From positions 5,988 through 69,987 of the forward strand of contig JBJOLT010000015.1 in assembly GCA_046045415.1 (NCBI GenBank): a stretch of DNA of 64,000 nt. The letters are read 5' to 3'. A model generated the notes under the pieces. It worked only from the letters and a program-made list of their open reading frames with translations. It did no database searches and was not told the DNA's origin. This stretch comes from Chloroflexota bacterium. Its GTDB lineage: Bacteria > Chloroflexota > Limnocylindria > Limnocylindrales > CSP1-4. A program made the translations under genes and the position numbers. How positions within the stretch are numbered: the stretch's first letter is position 1; each line of letters begins with the position of its first letter. Of the stretch, positions 29,526-39,887 are shown piece after piece.

Positions 29526-30956
29526 TCAGCGGCGCGCGGCGGGACGGCGGACGGCGGACGGGACCCCGACGCCGTGGTAGGCGACCCCGCGCGGGAGGGC
29601 GAGCGACCGAAGGCTGTTCCGGCCGTCGTAGAGGACCTGCAGGTGCGGGAAGCAGCCGAAGTCGAGCGTCGCGAAGCGGGGATCCGCGGTCTGGGTGACG
29701 ATCGCGAGCGCGTCGCTCCGCTCGCCCCAGCGGTACGGGGCGGCGCCGAGGGCGGCCGTCTCCGCCTCGTCGAGGAGCGGGTCGTAGGCGGCGACGCGGG
29801 CGCCGTGGAAGGTGAGGCGCTCGATCAGCGGGACCGCCCGGCTGTAGGCGAGCTCCTTCACCCCGTGGCGGTAGGTGAGCCCGAGGACGAGGATCGTCGT
29901 CCCGTCGAGCCCGCCGAGCGCCCGCTGGAGCGCCCTGACCGCGACGCCGACCTGCCCGTCGTTCGTCTTCCGCGACGTCGCGACGAGCTCCATCTCCGGG
30001 GCGCGACTGAGGAGGAAGTGCGGATAGACCGGGATGCAGTGGCCCCCGACGCCGATCCCGGGCTGGTGGATGTGCGAGTAGGGCTGGCTGTTCGCCGCGT
30101 CGATCACCTCCTGGATGTCGACGCCGACCCGGTCGGCATAGCGCGCGAACTCGTTCGCGAGCGCGATGTTCACGTCGCGGTAGGTGGTGTCGGCGAGCTT
30201 GCTGAACTCGGCCGCCTCGGCCGACGACATCGCGACGATCTCCGCGTCGAGGACGGACGCGTAGAAGCGGGCGGCGAGGTCGGTCGCCTCGGGCGTCAGC
30301 CCCCCGACGAGCTTCGGATAGGCGGCGAGGTTCCGGAGCGCCGCCCCGCTGTAGAGCCGCTCCGGCGAGAAGGCGACGTGGAGGTCGCGCTCGATCGACG
30401 TGCCGCTCGCCGCCTCGAGCTTCGGCGCGAAGCGGCCGCGCGTGTCCCCGACCGGGAGCGTGGTCTCGAAGATGACGAGCGAGCCCGGATGGACCCCGGG
30501 CGCGATCGACGCGACCGCGGCGTCCATGTAGCGGTAGTCCGGCTGGTGGGCGTCGTCGAGCATGACCGGGACGATGAGGACGACGACGTCGGACTCGCGC
30601 GCCGCGGCGGCGGCATCGGTCGTCGCGCGGAGCCGGCCGGCGGCGTGGGCGCCCGCGACGAGCTCGGCGAGCCCCGGCTCGTCGTCGACGTGCGACTCGC
30701 CCCGATTGATCGAGTCGACGACCTCGCGTCGGACGTCGACGGCGACGACCTCCCAGCCGTGCGAGGCGTACTGGGCGCAGAGCGGGAGCCCCATCTTGCC
30801 GGCGCCGATCACCGCGACCCGGCCGGCGGTCCCCTCCTCGCCGGTCCACGGGGAGACCCGGCGCGTCTCGCCGTGCGGGCACGGCGCCGCCGGGAGCTCG
30901 ATCGAGCCGCCGAGGAGGCTCGGCCCCGTCGCGCTCGGGCGGGCGACGATCCTCAT
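29526..30956 (-). CDS. UDP-N-acetyl-D-glucosamine/mannosamine 6-dehydrogenase (WbpA/WecC-like)
   Basis: Rossmann motif VAVIGAGKMGLP and catalytic GGHCIPV. The true start is probably downstream of the ORF's first ATG, for example a GTG near 30850. Confidence 0.8.
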   Translation of the reverse strand: MRIVARPSATGPSLLGGSIELPAAPCPHGETRRVSPWTGEEGTAGRVAVIGAGKMGLPLCAQYASHGWEVVAVDVRREVVDSINRGESHVDDEPGLAELVAGAHAAGRLRATTDAAAAARESDVVVLIVPVMLDDAHQPDYRYMDAAVASIAPGVHPGSLVIFETTLPVGDTRGRFAPKLEAASGTSIERDLHVAFSPERLYSGAALRNLAAYPKLVGGLTPEATDLAARFYASVLDAEIVAMSSAEAAEFSKLADTTYRDVNIALANEFARYADRVGVDIQEVIDAANSQPYSHIHQPGIGVGGHCIPVYPHFLLSRAPEMELVATSRKTNDGQVGVAVRALQRALGGLDGTTILVLGLTYRHGVKELAYSRAVPLIERLTFHGARVAAYDPLLDEAETAALGAAPYRWGERSDALAIVTQTADPRFATLDFGCFPHLQVLYDGRNSLRSLALPRGVAYHGVGVPSAVRRPAARR

Positions 30957-32005
30957 CGGGCCGGGAGCCGCGCGGCGAGGGCGGAGAGGTCGGACGGGCG
31001 CCCGGCGTCGGCGGATTCGAGGAGTGCGGTGGCGATCGCGACCGCCCAGAGGCCGTCCTCGACGTCGACTGCGGGGCGGCCGCCGCCCCGGACCGTCGCG
31101 AGGAAGGCGTCGATCTCCGCGACGAGCGGCTCCCGGTTCTCGACCGGGATCTCCGCGACGTCGCCGGCGAACGTCGTCGCGTAGCCCCCGAGCGTCTGCG
31201 GGTTCGCGACGTCGGCCTTCGTGAAGGTGAGGCGCTGCGTCAGGTAGTCGAGCTCGAACATCCCCTCCTCGCCGATGACGGTCAGCTGGCGTCGCTTCGC
31301 GGGCGTCAGCCAGTTGACGTCGATCATCCCGGTCGCGCCCGACGGGAAGTGGAGGAGGCCGAAGAGGAGGTCCTCGTGCGTCGCGTGGATCCGCTGCGCA
31401 TGCTCGGCGTAGGCGCGGGAGGGGCGCTCGCCGGCGATCCAGCAGAGCATGTCGGCATCGTGCGTGCCGAGGTCCACCGTCACCCCGACGTCGCGGATCC
31501 GCGCGGGGAACGGGCCGGCGCGCCGGCTCGCGATCGCGTAGACCGTCGAGAGGGCGCCCCCCCGGAGGAGCTCGCCGAGCCGGAGGACGGCGGGGTTGAA
31601 GCGCTCGACGTGGCCGACCTGGACCGGGACACCCGCGGCGCGGGAGGCCTCGACGATCCGGAGCCCCTCCTCCACCGACGCGGCGAGCGGCTTCTCGACG
31701 AGGAGCGCGACGCCCCGCTCGATCGCGGCGAGCGCGAGCGGGAGGTGGGCGGTCGTCGGCGCCGCGACGACGACCGCGTCGAGCTCCGCCTCGGCGATCA
31801 TCGCGAGCGGCTCGGAGAAGCCCTGTGCGCCCGATCGCGCCACCGCCTCCTCGACCGCGGCGGCCGCGGGGTCCGCGACCGCGACGAGCCGGCAGCCGGG
31901 CTGCGCGGCGAGGACGCGGAGATGGTTCCGTCCCATCGAGCCGAGTCCCGCGAGGCCGACGCGGACCTCGCGCTCGCCGACCGGCGTCCAGCGCGCGGGG
32001 CTCAT
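30953..32005 (-). CDS. Gfo/Idh/MocA-family NAD-dependent oxidoreductase (WbpB-like UDP-GlcNAcA 3-dehydrogenase)
   Basis: 350 aa (GLAGLGSMGRNH, EKP motif). ATGA overlap with the dehydrogenase. Confidence 0.8.
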   Translation of the reverse strand: MSPARWTPVGEREVRVGLAGLGSMGRNHLRVLAAQPGCRLVAVADPAAAAVEEAVARSGAQGFSEPLAMIAEAELDAVVVAAPTTAHLPLALAAIERGVALLVEKPLAASVEEGLRIVEASRAAGVPVQVGHVERFNPAVLRLGELLRGGALSTVYAIASRRAGPFPARIRDVGVTVDLGTHDADMLCWIAGERPSRAYAEHAQRIHATHEDLLFGLLHFPSGATGMIDVNWLTPAKRRQLTVIGEEGMFELDYLTQRLTFTKADVANPQTLGGYATTFAGDVAEIPVENREPLVAEIDAFLATVRGGGRPAVDVEDGLWAVAIATALLESADAGRPSDLSALAARLPAR

Positions 32006-32015
32006 CGGGCGGGGC

Positions 32016-33116
32016 TCATCGGGGGGCGGCGTCCCCGTGCCGCGCGACGGCGGCCCGGACGGCGCCGATCACCGTCGCCTGCTCGTCGGCGGTCAGGTTG
32101 GGGTGCATCGGGAGGGCGATCGTCCGCGCCGCCGCGGCGTCGGTCACCGGGAGGTCGGCGTGGAGGCCGCGCTCCATCACGTACTCCTGCCGGTGGACCG
32201 GGAGCGGGTAGTAGACGTCGGCGCCGACCCCGTTCTCCCGGAGATCGGCGAGGATCGCGTCGCGCGCGCCGCCGACCTCGACGGTGTACTGGTGATAGAC
32301 GTGCGTCCGTCCCTCGGGCGTGACCGGGAGCCGGACCGGGAGATCGGCGAACGCCTCGTCGTACCGACCGGCGATCGCCTGGCGGCGTGCGGTGTTCCGC
32401 TCGAGCTTGTCGAGCTGGACGAGCCCGATCGCCGCGTTCAGGTTCGTCATCCGGAAGTTGTAGCCGAGGATCTCGAACGCGTAGCGGGTCCGCATCCCCT
32501 GGTTGCGGTAGAGCCGGAGCCAGTCGGCGAGCCGGTCGTCGTTCGTCGTCACCATCCCGCCCTCGGCGGTCGTCATGTTCTTCGTCGCGTAGAAGCTGAA
32601 GGCGCCGTGGCCGAACGAGCCGGCGCGGCGGCCGCGGTAGGTCGCCCCGTGCGCCTGGCAGGCGTCCTCCACGACCGCGATCCCGTGGCGGTCGGCGATC
32701 GCGCAGATCATGTCCATGTCGGCGACGAGGCCGAAGAGATGGACCGGGACGATCGCGCGGGTCCGCGGCGTGATCGCCTTCTCGATCAGCTTCGCGTCGA
32801 TGACGTAGGTGTCCGGCTCGATGTCGACGAAGACCGGGGTGGCGCCGGTGAAGAGGATCGAGTTCGCCGTCGCCGCGAACGTGTGCGCGACGGTGATCGC
32901 CTCGTCGCCGGGGCCGAGCCCGAGGCCGGCGAAGATCGCCATCTCGGCGAGCGTCCCGTTGCCGAACGCGATCGCGTGGCGGACGCCGCACATCGCGGCG
33001 AACCGCTCCTCGAACTCCGCGACCTGCTTCCCCTGGGCGATCATCCCGCTCCGGAGGACCTCGGTCACCGCCTCGATCTCCTCGGGACCGATGTCCGGCT
33101 TCGCGATCGGGATCAT
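32016..33116 (-). CDS. DegT/DnrJ/EryC1/StrS-family PLP aminotransferase (WbpE-like)
   Basis: 367 aa (MIPIAKPDIG...) with a sugar-aminotransferase fold and the PLP-binding lysine region (FSFYATKNMTTAEGG). Confidence 0.85.
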   Translation of the reverse strand: MIPIAKPDIGPEEIEAVTEVLRSGMIAQGKQVAEFEERFAAMCGVRHAIAFGNGTLAEMAIFAGLGLGPGDEAITVAHTFAATANSILFTGATPVFVDIEPDTYVIDAKLIEKAITPRTRAIVPVHLFGLVADMDMICAIADRHGIAVVEDACQAHGATYRGRRAGSFGHGAFSFYATKNMTTAEGGMVTTNDDRLADWLRLYRNQGMRTRYAFEILGYNFRMTNLNAAIGLVQLDKLERNTARRQAIAGRYDEAFADLPVRLPVTPEGRTHVYHQYTVEVGGARDAILADLRENGVGADVYYPLPVHRQEYVMERGLHADLPVTDAAAARTIALPMHPNLTADEQATVIGAVRAAVARHGDAAPR

Positions 33117-33787
33117 GCGCTCGCTCCATCGGCTGGGGCGTCGGCCCGCTCGGCGAGCGCGTCGGCCCTGGGGTCGTACCGGTAGGCGCGCCCGCATCGG
33201 GCGCAGTGGAGACTCGGATCGTGAGCGTACAACTCGGGCTTCCCCGGCGCCGGGTTCCCGTGCTCGTCCTTCAGCCGGTCGCCGCACGCGCAGACCCAGC
33301 CGATCCGGCGGGCCGGGTTGCCGGCGACGAGCGCGTGGTCGGGGACGGTCCTCGTGACGACCGCCCCGGCCCCGACGGTCGCGAAGCGCCCGACGTCCAC
33401 CCCCGCGACGACGACGGCGCCCGCACCGATCGAGCAGCCGTAGCGGAGCGTGATCGGGCTGACGACCCAGTCGGCGGCGCGGGCGAGCTCGCCGGTCGCG
33501 GTGATCGCGCGGGGGAACCGGTCGTTCGTGAGGATCGCGTTCGGGCCGATGAAGACGCCGTCCTCGACCGTGACGCCGTGGTAGACGAGCGCGGCGTTCT
33601 GGATCTTCACCCGGTCGCCGATGACGACGTCCTCGTCGATGAACGCATCGCGGCCCACGATGCAGCCCGCGCCGATCGTCGCGCGGTTCCGCACCTGGGC
33701 GCGGTGCCAGACGCTCGATCCGGCGCCGATCGCGACGTCCGCCTCGATGTCGGCCGACGGGTGGACGCGCGCAGAGGGGTCGATCAC
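33113..33787 (-). CDS. Hexapeptide-repeat N-acetyltransferase (WbpD-like)
   Basis: Left-handed beta-helix repeats followed by a C-terminal CxxC...CxxC. A GTG start at 33787 is preferred because the longer ORF would overlap the upstream GT2 gene. Confidence 0.75.
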   Translation of the reverse strand: MIDPSARVHPSADIEADVAIGAGSSVWHRAQVRNRATIGAGCIVGRDAFIDEDVVIGDRVKIQNAALVYHGVTVEDGVFIGPNAILTNDRFPRAITATGELARAADWVVSPITLRYGCSIGAGAVVVAGVDVGRFATVGAGAVVTRTVPDHALVAGNPARRIGWVCACGDRLKDEHGNPAPGKPELYAHDPSLHCARCGRAYRYDPRADALAERADAPADGASA

Positions 33788-33965
33788 GGGTGGGAAGGGC
33801 TCCTTCGACGGCGCGCGACGGGGGCTCGGCGAGCGCGGCGCGAGCGCGACCGAGGCGTGGCGGAGTATACCGGAGCGGCCCTTCGGGACCCGGCGGGCGA
33901 CGGGCCGATCCCGTCGGTCCGACGCGCTCGGGCAGGTGGGCGCGGGCCGGTCGCCCTCCCCGGCC

Positions 33966-34796
33966 TCATCGCCGGCGGACCGCCGCCGCGACGGCCGCAC
34001 CCTGGCGGAGGAGCGCGCGGACGAGGCGCTCGACGAGCCGGCCCGCTCCGGTCGCACGGAGCTCGTCGCGGCGGAGGGCGAGGACGAGGACGAGCGCCTC
34101 CCAGATGATCCGGCGCGACATCTTCGAGCGGCCCACCCGACGGTCGCGGAAGGTGATCGGGACCTCCCGGATCCGTGCGCGGCCCCGCGCGGCCCGGTAG
34201 GTCATCTCGATCTGGAAGACGTAGCCGCCGGCATGGATCCCGCCGAGGTCGATCGCCGCGAGCGTCGCGGCGCGCCACGCCTTGAAGCCGCCGGTGAGGT
34301 CGCCCGGGCCGAGCCGGAGGACGAGCTTGGCGAAGAGGCTCCCGCCGCGGGAGACGATCCGACGACCGATCCCCCAGTCCTCGACCCGCCCGCCGCGGCA
34401 GTACCGAGAGCCGATGACGAGGTCGGCCTCGCCGCGCTCGAGCGGCCCGAGGAGCGCCGGCAGCGCGTCAGGATCGTGGGACCAGTCGGCATCCATCTGG
34501 ACGACGGTCCCGGCACCGCCGGCGAGGGCGACCCCGAAGCCGTCGACGTAGGCGCGCCCGAGTCCCTCCTTCCCGGCTCGATGGCGGACCCTGATCCGCG
34601 GGTCGGCGGCGGCGAGCTCGTCGGCGAGCCGGCCGGTCCCGTCCGGCGAGGCGTCGTCGACGACGAGGAGCGTCGCCTCGGGGAGCGCCTCGAGGATGGC
34701 GCGCGCGATCGGGGCGAGGTTCTCCGCCTCGTCGTACGTCGGGAGGACCACCCACGTCCCGGCGGGACGGGGCTCCGCGGTCGTTCGGCGCGCCAC
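33966..34796 (-). CDS. GT2 polyprenol-phosphate mannosyl/glycosyl transferase (Ppm1/DPM1-like)
   Basis: VVLPTYDEAENL and DADWSHDP (DxD) motifs, as in dolichol-phosphate mannosyltransferase. Confidence 0.8.
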   Translation of the reverse strand: MARRTTAEPRPAGTWVVLPTYDEAENLAPIARAILEALPEATLLVVDDASPDGTGRLADELAAADPRIRVRHRAGKEGLGRAYVDGFGVALAGGAGTVVQMDADWSHDPDALPALLGPLERGEADLVIGSRYCRGGRVEDWGIGRRIVSRGGSLFAKLVLRLGPGDLTGGFKAWRAATLAAIDLGGIHAGGYVFQIEMTYRAARGRARIREVPITFRDRRVGRSKMSRRIIWEALVLVLALRRDELRATGAGRLVERLVRALLRQGAAVAAAVRRR

Positions 34797-34880
34797 GCCC
34801 GGGAGTGTAGGGCAGGTCCGGCGGCCCCTCCCGGGGCGCCGCGTGGCCTGCGGGTCAGCGGGAGGGCCGCGGCCCGCAGG

Positions 34881-36668
34881 TCAGCGGAGCGGGATCGAGA
34901 GCTGCGCCACGCCGCGGAGCCCGAGGAGGTCGGTCCCGCTCACGGCGATCGAGAGGCGACCGGCCGTCCCGCCCCGGAGGACGGGGATCCGGGCGACCCA
35001 GCGGTCGCCCTCGAGGACCATCCGGACGCTCCGCGCCGCGAGGCCGGGCTGCATGACGCGGGCGACCGGCGGCGCGGCGACCGGCTCGGCCGCGGCCGCG
35101 GTGAGGACGAGGATCCCGCCCCGGACGGCGATCGAGCGGCCGGTCGCGAGGGCGAACGGCCCGACCCCGATCGGCACCCCGATCCGGGTCGCGAGCCCGC
35201 CCGACGCCGCGACGACGCTCGCCCGGTACGTGCCCGGCGCGACGGGGCGGCCGTCCGCCCCGATCCCGTCCCAGGGGACGGCGTGGAACCCGGCCCCCCG
35301 CGGCGCTCGCGGGGCGACGGTCGCGACGGTCCGGCCGGCCGCGTCGAGGATCGCGACCGAGACGGTGGCGGCCGCCGCGAGCGTGAACGAGACCTCGGTC
35401 GCGCCGGGGGCGGTCCCGTTCGGGTCCGCCGGCCAGATCGCGGGGAGGCTCGTGGCGACCCCCGCGAGCGCCGTGTGGACGGCGATCCGCTTCTGGAGCG
35501 GCGGCGCCACGTTCCCGGCCGCGTCGCGGGCGGAGACGGTCGCGACGTACCGTCCGTCGGGGACGACCGCGCCCGCGTCGTCGCGCCCGTCCCACGTGAC
35601 GGTCGTCCGTCCCGGAGCGACGGGGAGCGACCAGGCGCGGACCGGGCCGCCTCCCTCCGCGGCGATCGCGACCTCGAGCAGGCCGCCCTCGCCGAGGGCG
35701 AGCGGGAGTGCGATCGACTCGCCGACGCCGTCGCCGTTCGGCGAGAAGGTGACGGGGGCGAGGGCGTTCCCGACCGCGACGAGCGTCGGCGGGGCGACGT
35801 CGGGGGGCGGGGCGACGACCGGGGCGCCGAGCGCCGGATCGAACGGCGCGAGCGGGTCGGACGAGGTCGCGCCGCGGACGGCGTCGGTCGTGAGCGACGG
35901 GTCGCCGAGGAACGAGCGGTAGAAGCCGGTCGTCGGCGTCTCCGGATCGAGCTGGCCGAGCCGGCCGGGCGTCCGGACGCTCTGGAAGGGGATGAGGTTC
36001 CAGTTCGCCCCCGGCGCGACCCGCCAGAGCGAGTCGAGCGTCTGGCTCGTCGCGAAGAGCGCGTTCATGTAGTAGACGGAGCCGCGGTGCGCGTCCGCGA
36101 TGACGGCGCCCGCGCCCGCCGCGCTCCAGCCGGCCGCCATGTTGTCGACGCGCTGCTGCGCGACGTCGATCGTCGGCTCGCCCCGGCCCGGCTCGGAGTT
36201 CCCCGAGGCGTAGCAGAGGTGGTGGAGGAGGACGAGGGCACCCGGCGCCAGCCTCACCTCGGCGGCGAGATACGCCTCGCCCCAGTAGCGGGTCGTGGAG
36301 TCGCCGCTCCCCGGATACGGGTTGAGGCCGAGGCCGTCCTGGGTCGCCGGGAGGAGCGTGGTCGAGTACGGGCTCGGGAACCCGTTCCCGTGGCCGAGGT
36401 AGACGACGACGTTCGCGCCCTGGAGCGCCGGCTTCGCGAGCTCCCACGTCGCGTTCGGGGAGTAGAGGGTCGTGACGTCGCTCGTCCACCGGCGGGCCTC
36501 CGCGGCGATCGCCTCCGCCTCGCTCCGATACGAGGAGGTCATCGAGCCGGCGGGGCCGACGATGACGACGACCTTCGGCGGGGTCGCGGCGGCGACCGGC
36601 GGGGCGGCGAGCCCGAGGGAGCCGGCGGCGGCGAGTGCCGCGAGGATGACGGCGACGAGTCGGTTCAC
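34881..36668 (-). CDS. Secreted protein: N-terminal putative caspase/gingipain-like (His-Cys) domain plus C-terminal FlgD-Ig-like domains
   Basis: Signal peptide. YLGHGNG...HHLCYASGNS is spaced like a clan-CD His/Cys dyad. C-terminal TVTWDGRDDAGAVVPDGRY-type repeats resemble FlgD Ig-like domains. Confidence 0.6.
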   Translation of the reverse strand: MNRLVAVILAALAAAGSLGLAAPPVAAATPPKVVVIVGPAGSMTSSYRSEAEAIAAEARRWTSDVTTLYSPNATWELAKPALQGANVVVYLGHGNGFPSPYSTTLLPATQDGLGLNPYPGSGDSTTRYWGEAYLAAEVRLAPGALVLLHHLCYASGNSEPGRGEPTIDVAQQRVDNMAAGWSAAGAGAVIADAHRGSVYYMNALFATSQTLDSLWRVAPGANWNLIPFQSVRTPGRLGQLDPETPTTGFYRSFLGDPSLTTDAVRGATSSDPLAPFDPALGAPVVAPPPDVAPPTLVAVGNALAPVTFSPNGDGVGESIALPLALGEGGLLEVAIAAEGGGPVRAWSLPVAPGRTTVTWDGRDDAGAVVPDGRYVATVSARDAAGNVAPPLQKRIAVHTALAGVATSLPAIWPADPNGTAPGATEVSFTLAAAATVSVAILDAAGRTVATVAPRAPRGAGFHAVPWDGIGADGRPVAPGTYRASVVAASGGLATRIGVPIGVGPFALATGRSIAVRGGILVLTAAAAEPVAAPPVARVMQPGLAARSVRMVLEGDRWVARIPVLRGGTAGRLSIAVSGTDLLGLRGVAQLSIPLR

Positions 36669-36812
36669 GCGATCGAGACCTCCGCTCTGCGAGGGAGGAC
36701 GATCGTGGGCGCGGCCCGGGGTGGTGCGCAGCCGTGCGAAGGTCCGCGGGTCGCTGGCCCCTTCGTCCGGCTGTGCCCGGTGCGCGGACGCCCACGGCGG
36801 GGCGGCCGCCCG

Positions 36813-37796
36813 CTACGGGACCGGGGTCGGGCTCGGCGCGGCGGGGTCGGGGGTGACGAACGGCTGCTCCGAGTCGGGGAGCGTCCCGTCGTCGTTCGTC
36901 ACCTCGGTCGGCTGCTCGCCGAGGTCCGGGAGGCCGCCCTCGTAGTCGGTGATGACGAGGACGTACTCGAGCCGGTCGAGGTCGGCGGTCGGCTGGAGGT
37001 AGGCGGTCTGGACGACCGCGTTCGCGTCGCGGATCACGTCGACGACCTGGCCGACGACGAGGCCCTTCGGATACGGGGAGCGGACCCCCGACTGGAGCTC
37101 GATCCCGGCGGTGACCACCTCGTCGCCGATGAGGATCTTCTCCGTCGAGTCGATGTTCCGCATGACGAGGACGCCGCCGAGCTGGCCGTCGATCTCCCCG
37201 GTCGCGGCGCTCGCCTGCAGCTGGCCGATCACCGTCGAGCTCGTGTCGTTGATGAGGACGACGTTCGCGGCATCGCGGCCGACCTGGACGACCCGGCCGG
37301 CGAGCGCGCCGCCCGCCGCGATGACGACGTCGCCGACGGCGATCCCCTGCGCGGTCCCGACGTCGATCGTGATCACCCGTCGGAAGTCGGACGCATCACG
37401 GCCGATGACGATCGCGGTGACGGTCGCGAACTGGAGTCCGTTCCGGAGCTGGAGGAGCCCGGTGAGGAGCTCGTTCTCCCGCGCGAGCTCGACCGCCCGG
37501 GCGTTCTCGGCCCGGAGCCGCGCGTTCTCGTCGATGAGCCGGGCGTTGTCGCGCCGGAGCCCGTCGATCTCGGTGAGCGCCGCGGTGATGGACGCCCCCG
37601 TCCTCGCGACCGAGGTGAGCGCCGCCTGGAGCGGCCGGAAGGCGAAGCCGATCCCCTTCTGGACCTCGACGATCGGCTCGGCGCTCGAGAAGGCCATGAG
37701 GACGACCGTCGCGACGAGGAAGACGACGTACGTGGCGACCCGCCGCCGCGCGGCGCGCGCGGCGAGGGCGGCGGCGGAGGGACCGACCCCGGCCAT
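36813..37796 (-). CDS. mreC: Rod shape-determining protein MreC
   Basis: N-terminal TM anchor, a coiled coil (LRAENARAVELARENELL) and the MreC beta domain. Confidence 0.85.
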   Translation of the reverse strand: MAGVGPSAAALAARAARRRVATYVVFLVATVVLMAFSSAEPIVEVQKGIGFAFRPLQAALTSVARTGASITAALTEIDGLRRDNARLIDENARLRAENARAVELARENELLTGLLQLRNGLQFATVTAIVIGRDASDFRRVITIDVGTAQGIAVGDVVIAAGGALAGRVVQVGRDAANVVLINDTSSTVIGQLQASAATGEIDGQLGGVLVMRNIDSTEKILIGDEVVTAGIELQSGVRSPYPKGLVVGQVVDVIRDANAVVQTAYLQPTADLDRLEYVLVITDYEGGLPDLGEQPTEVTNDDGTLPDSEQPFVTPDPAAPSPTPVP

Positions 37797-37814
37797 CGAC
37801 GACCCGGGCCCGGG

Positions 37815-38867
<1,053 letters not shown>

Positions 38868-38953
38868 CCGGGCGTGTGTCCCCACGGGCTGGTGATGAAG
38901 GCACCGCAGTATACCCGCCGCCCCCACGCGGACTCTCGGGAGCGATGCGGCGC

Positions 38954-39724
38954 TCACTCCGCCGCGCGTGCCGCCGACGGCCCCCGGTCGAAGGCGACGC
39001 CACGGTCGCGGAGGCTGACGAACGCGTCGTGCCCGACGACGAGGTGGTCGAGGACCTCGACGTCGAGGAGCCGGCCGGCCGCGAGCGCCTCGGCGGTGAG
39101 ATGGAGGTCGTCGGGGCTCGGGGTCGGGTCGCCCGACGGGTGGTTGTGGACGAGGATCACCCCGACGGCGTTCTCCCGGACCGCGTCGCGGAAGAGCTCC
39201 CCCACCCGGACGAGCGACGCGCTCACGTTCCCCTGGTAGACCGTGACGACCCGGAGGACGGCGTTCCGGCTGTTGAGGAGGACGACCCGGAGCTCCTCGC
39301 GCTCGAGCCGGCCCATCTGGAGGACGAGCCGGTCGGCGATGTCCCTCGGGGAGCGGACGATCCAGCGGCCGGTCGGCCAGTCGGCGAGGAGGCGGCGACC
39401 GAGCTCGAAGGCCGCGACGAGGCGCGCCGCCCGCGCGGCACCGACCCCCGGGAGCGAGTCGAGCTCCGACGGCGCGGCCCGCGCGAGACCGCTCAGCCCG
39501 TCATGGCGGGCGAGCGCGTCCTCGGCGATCGCGACGGCGCTCGCGCCCCGGACGCCGCTCCCCCAGAGGAGCGCGATCAGCTCGGCCGAGGTGAGGCCGG
39601 CGACCCCGCGCTGGACGAGGCGCTCACGGGGTCGCTCCGCGGCGGGGAGCTCCCTGATCGTGCGACCCGGCCGTGCCGCCCGCCCCCGGGGCGCCATGCC
39701 CGTCCCGTCTCCGCTCACGTCCAC
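38954..39724 (-). CDS. radC: RadC-family JAB-domain protein (UPF0758)
   Basis: HhH N-terminus plus a JAMM motif (HNHPSGDPTPSPDD). The start is probably the internal MAPRG. Confidence 0.85.
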   Translation of the reverse strand: MDVSGDGTGMAPRGRAARPGRTIRELPAAERPRERLVQRGVAGLTSAELIALLWGSGVRGASAVAIAEDALARHDGLSGLARAAPSELDSLPGVGAARAARLVAAFELGRRLLADWPTGRWIVRSPRDIADRLVLQMGRLEREELRVVLLNSRNAVLRVVTVYQGNVSASLVRVGELFRDAVRENAVGVILVHNHPSGDPTPSPDDLHLTAEALAAGRLLDVEVLDHLVVGHDAFVSLRDRGVAFDRGPSAARAAE

Positions 39725-39887
39725 CCCGACCTCCAGCGCTGGATCCCCGGACCCGGACGACGGAGCCCGCCGATTCCCCCGCCATCCGGATCCGGGGACG
39801 AGGCGAGACTAGGCGGCGCCGCTCACCGGTCGATCGACGGGGCCTCCACCCGGGCTCGCCGCCGGCGCCGTCGTCGGGCGAGGGCCG

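Noticed and set aside
19865-34796. Glycan locus as a horizontally acquired island or prophage-encoded O-antigen modification cassette
   Set aside because: GC content and codon style are indistinguishable from the flanks. No mobile-element genes, phage genes or tRNA boundary are present. Tight translational coupling argues for a native operon.
36793-36811. GGGCGGCCGCCC palindrome immediately after the mreC stop as an intrinsic terminator
   Set aside because: A 12-bp perfect palindrome with no loop spacer and no U-tract. It could form only a short hairpin, and the evidence is insufficient to call a terminator.
38954-39724. radC as part of a defence island
   Set aside because: It sits in the classic conserved radC-mreB-mreC position found in many bacteria, not in a mobile or defence context.
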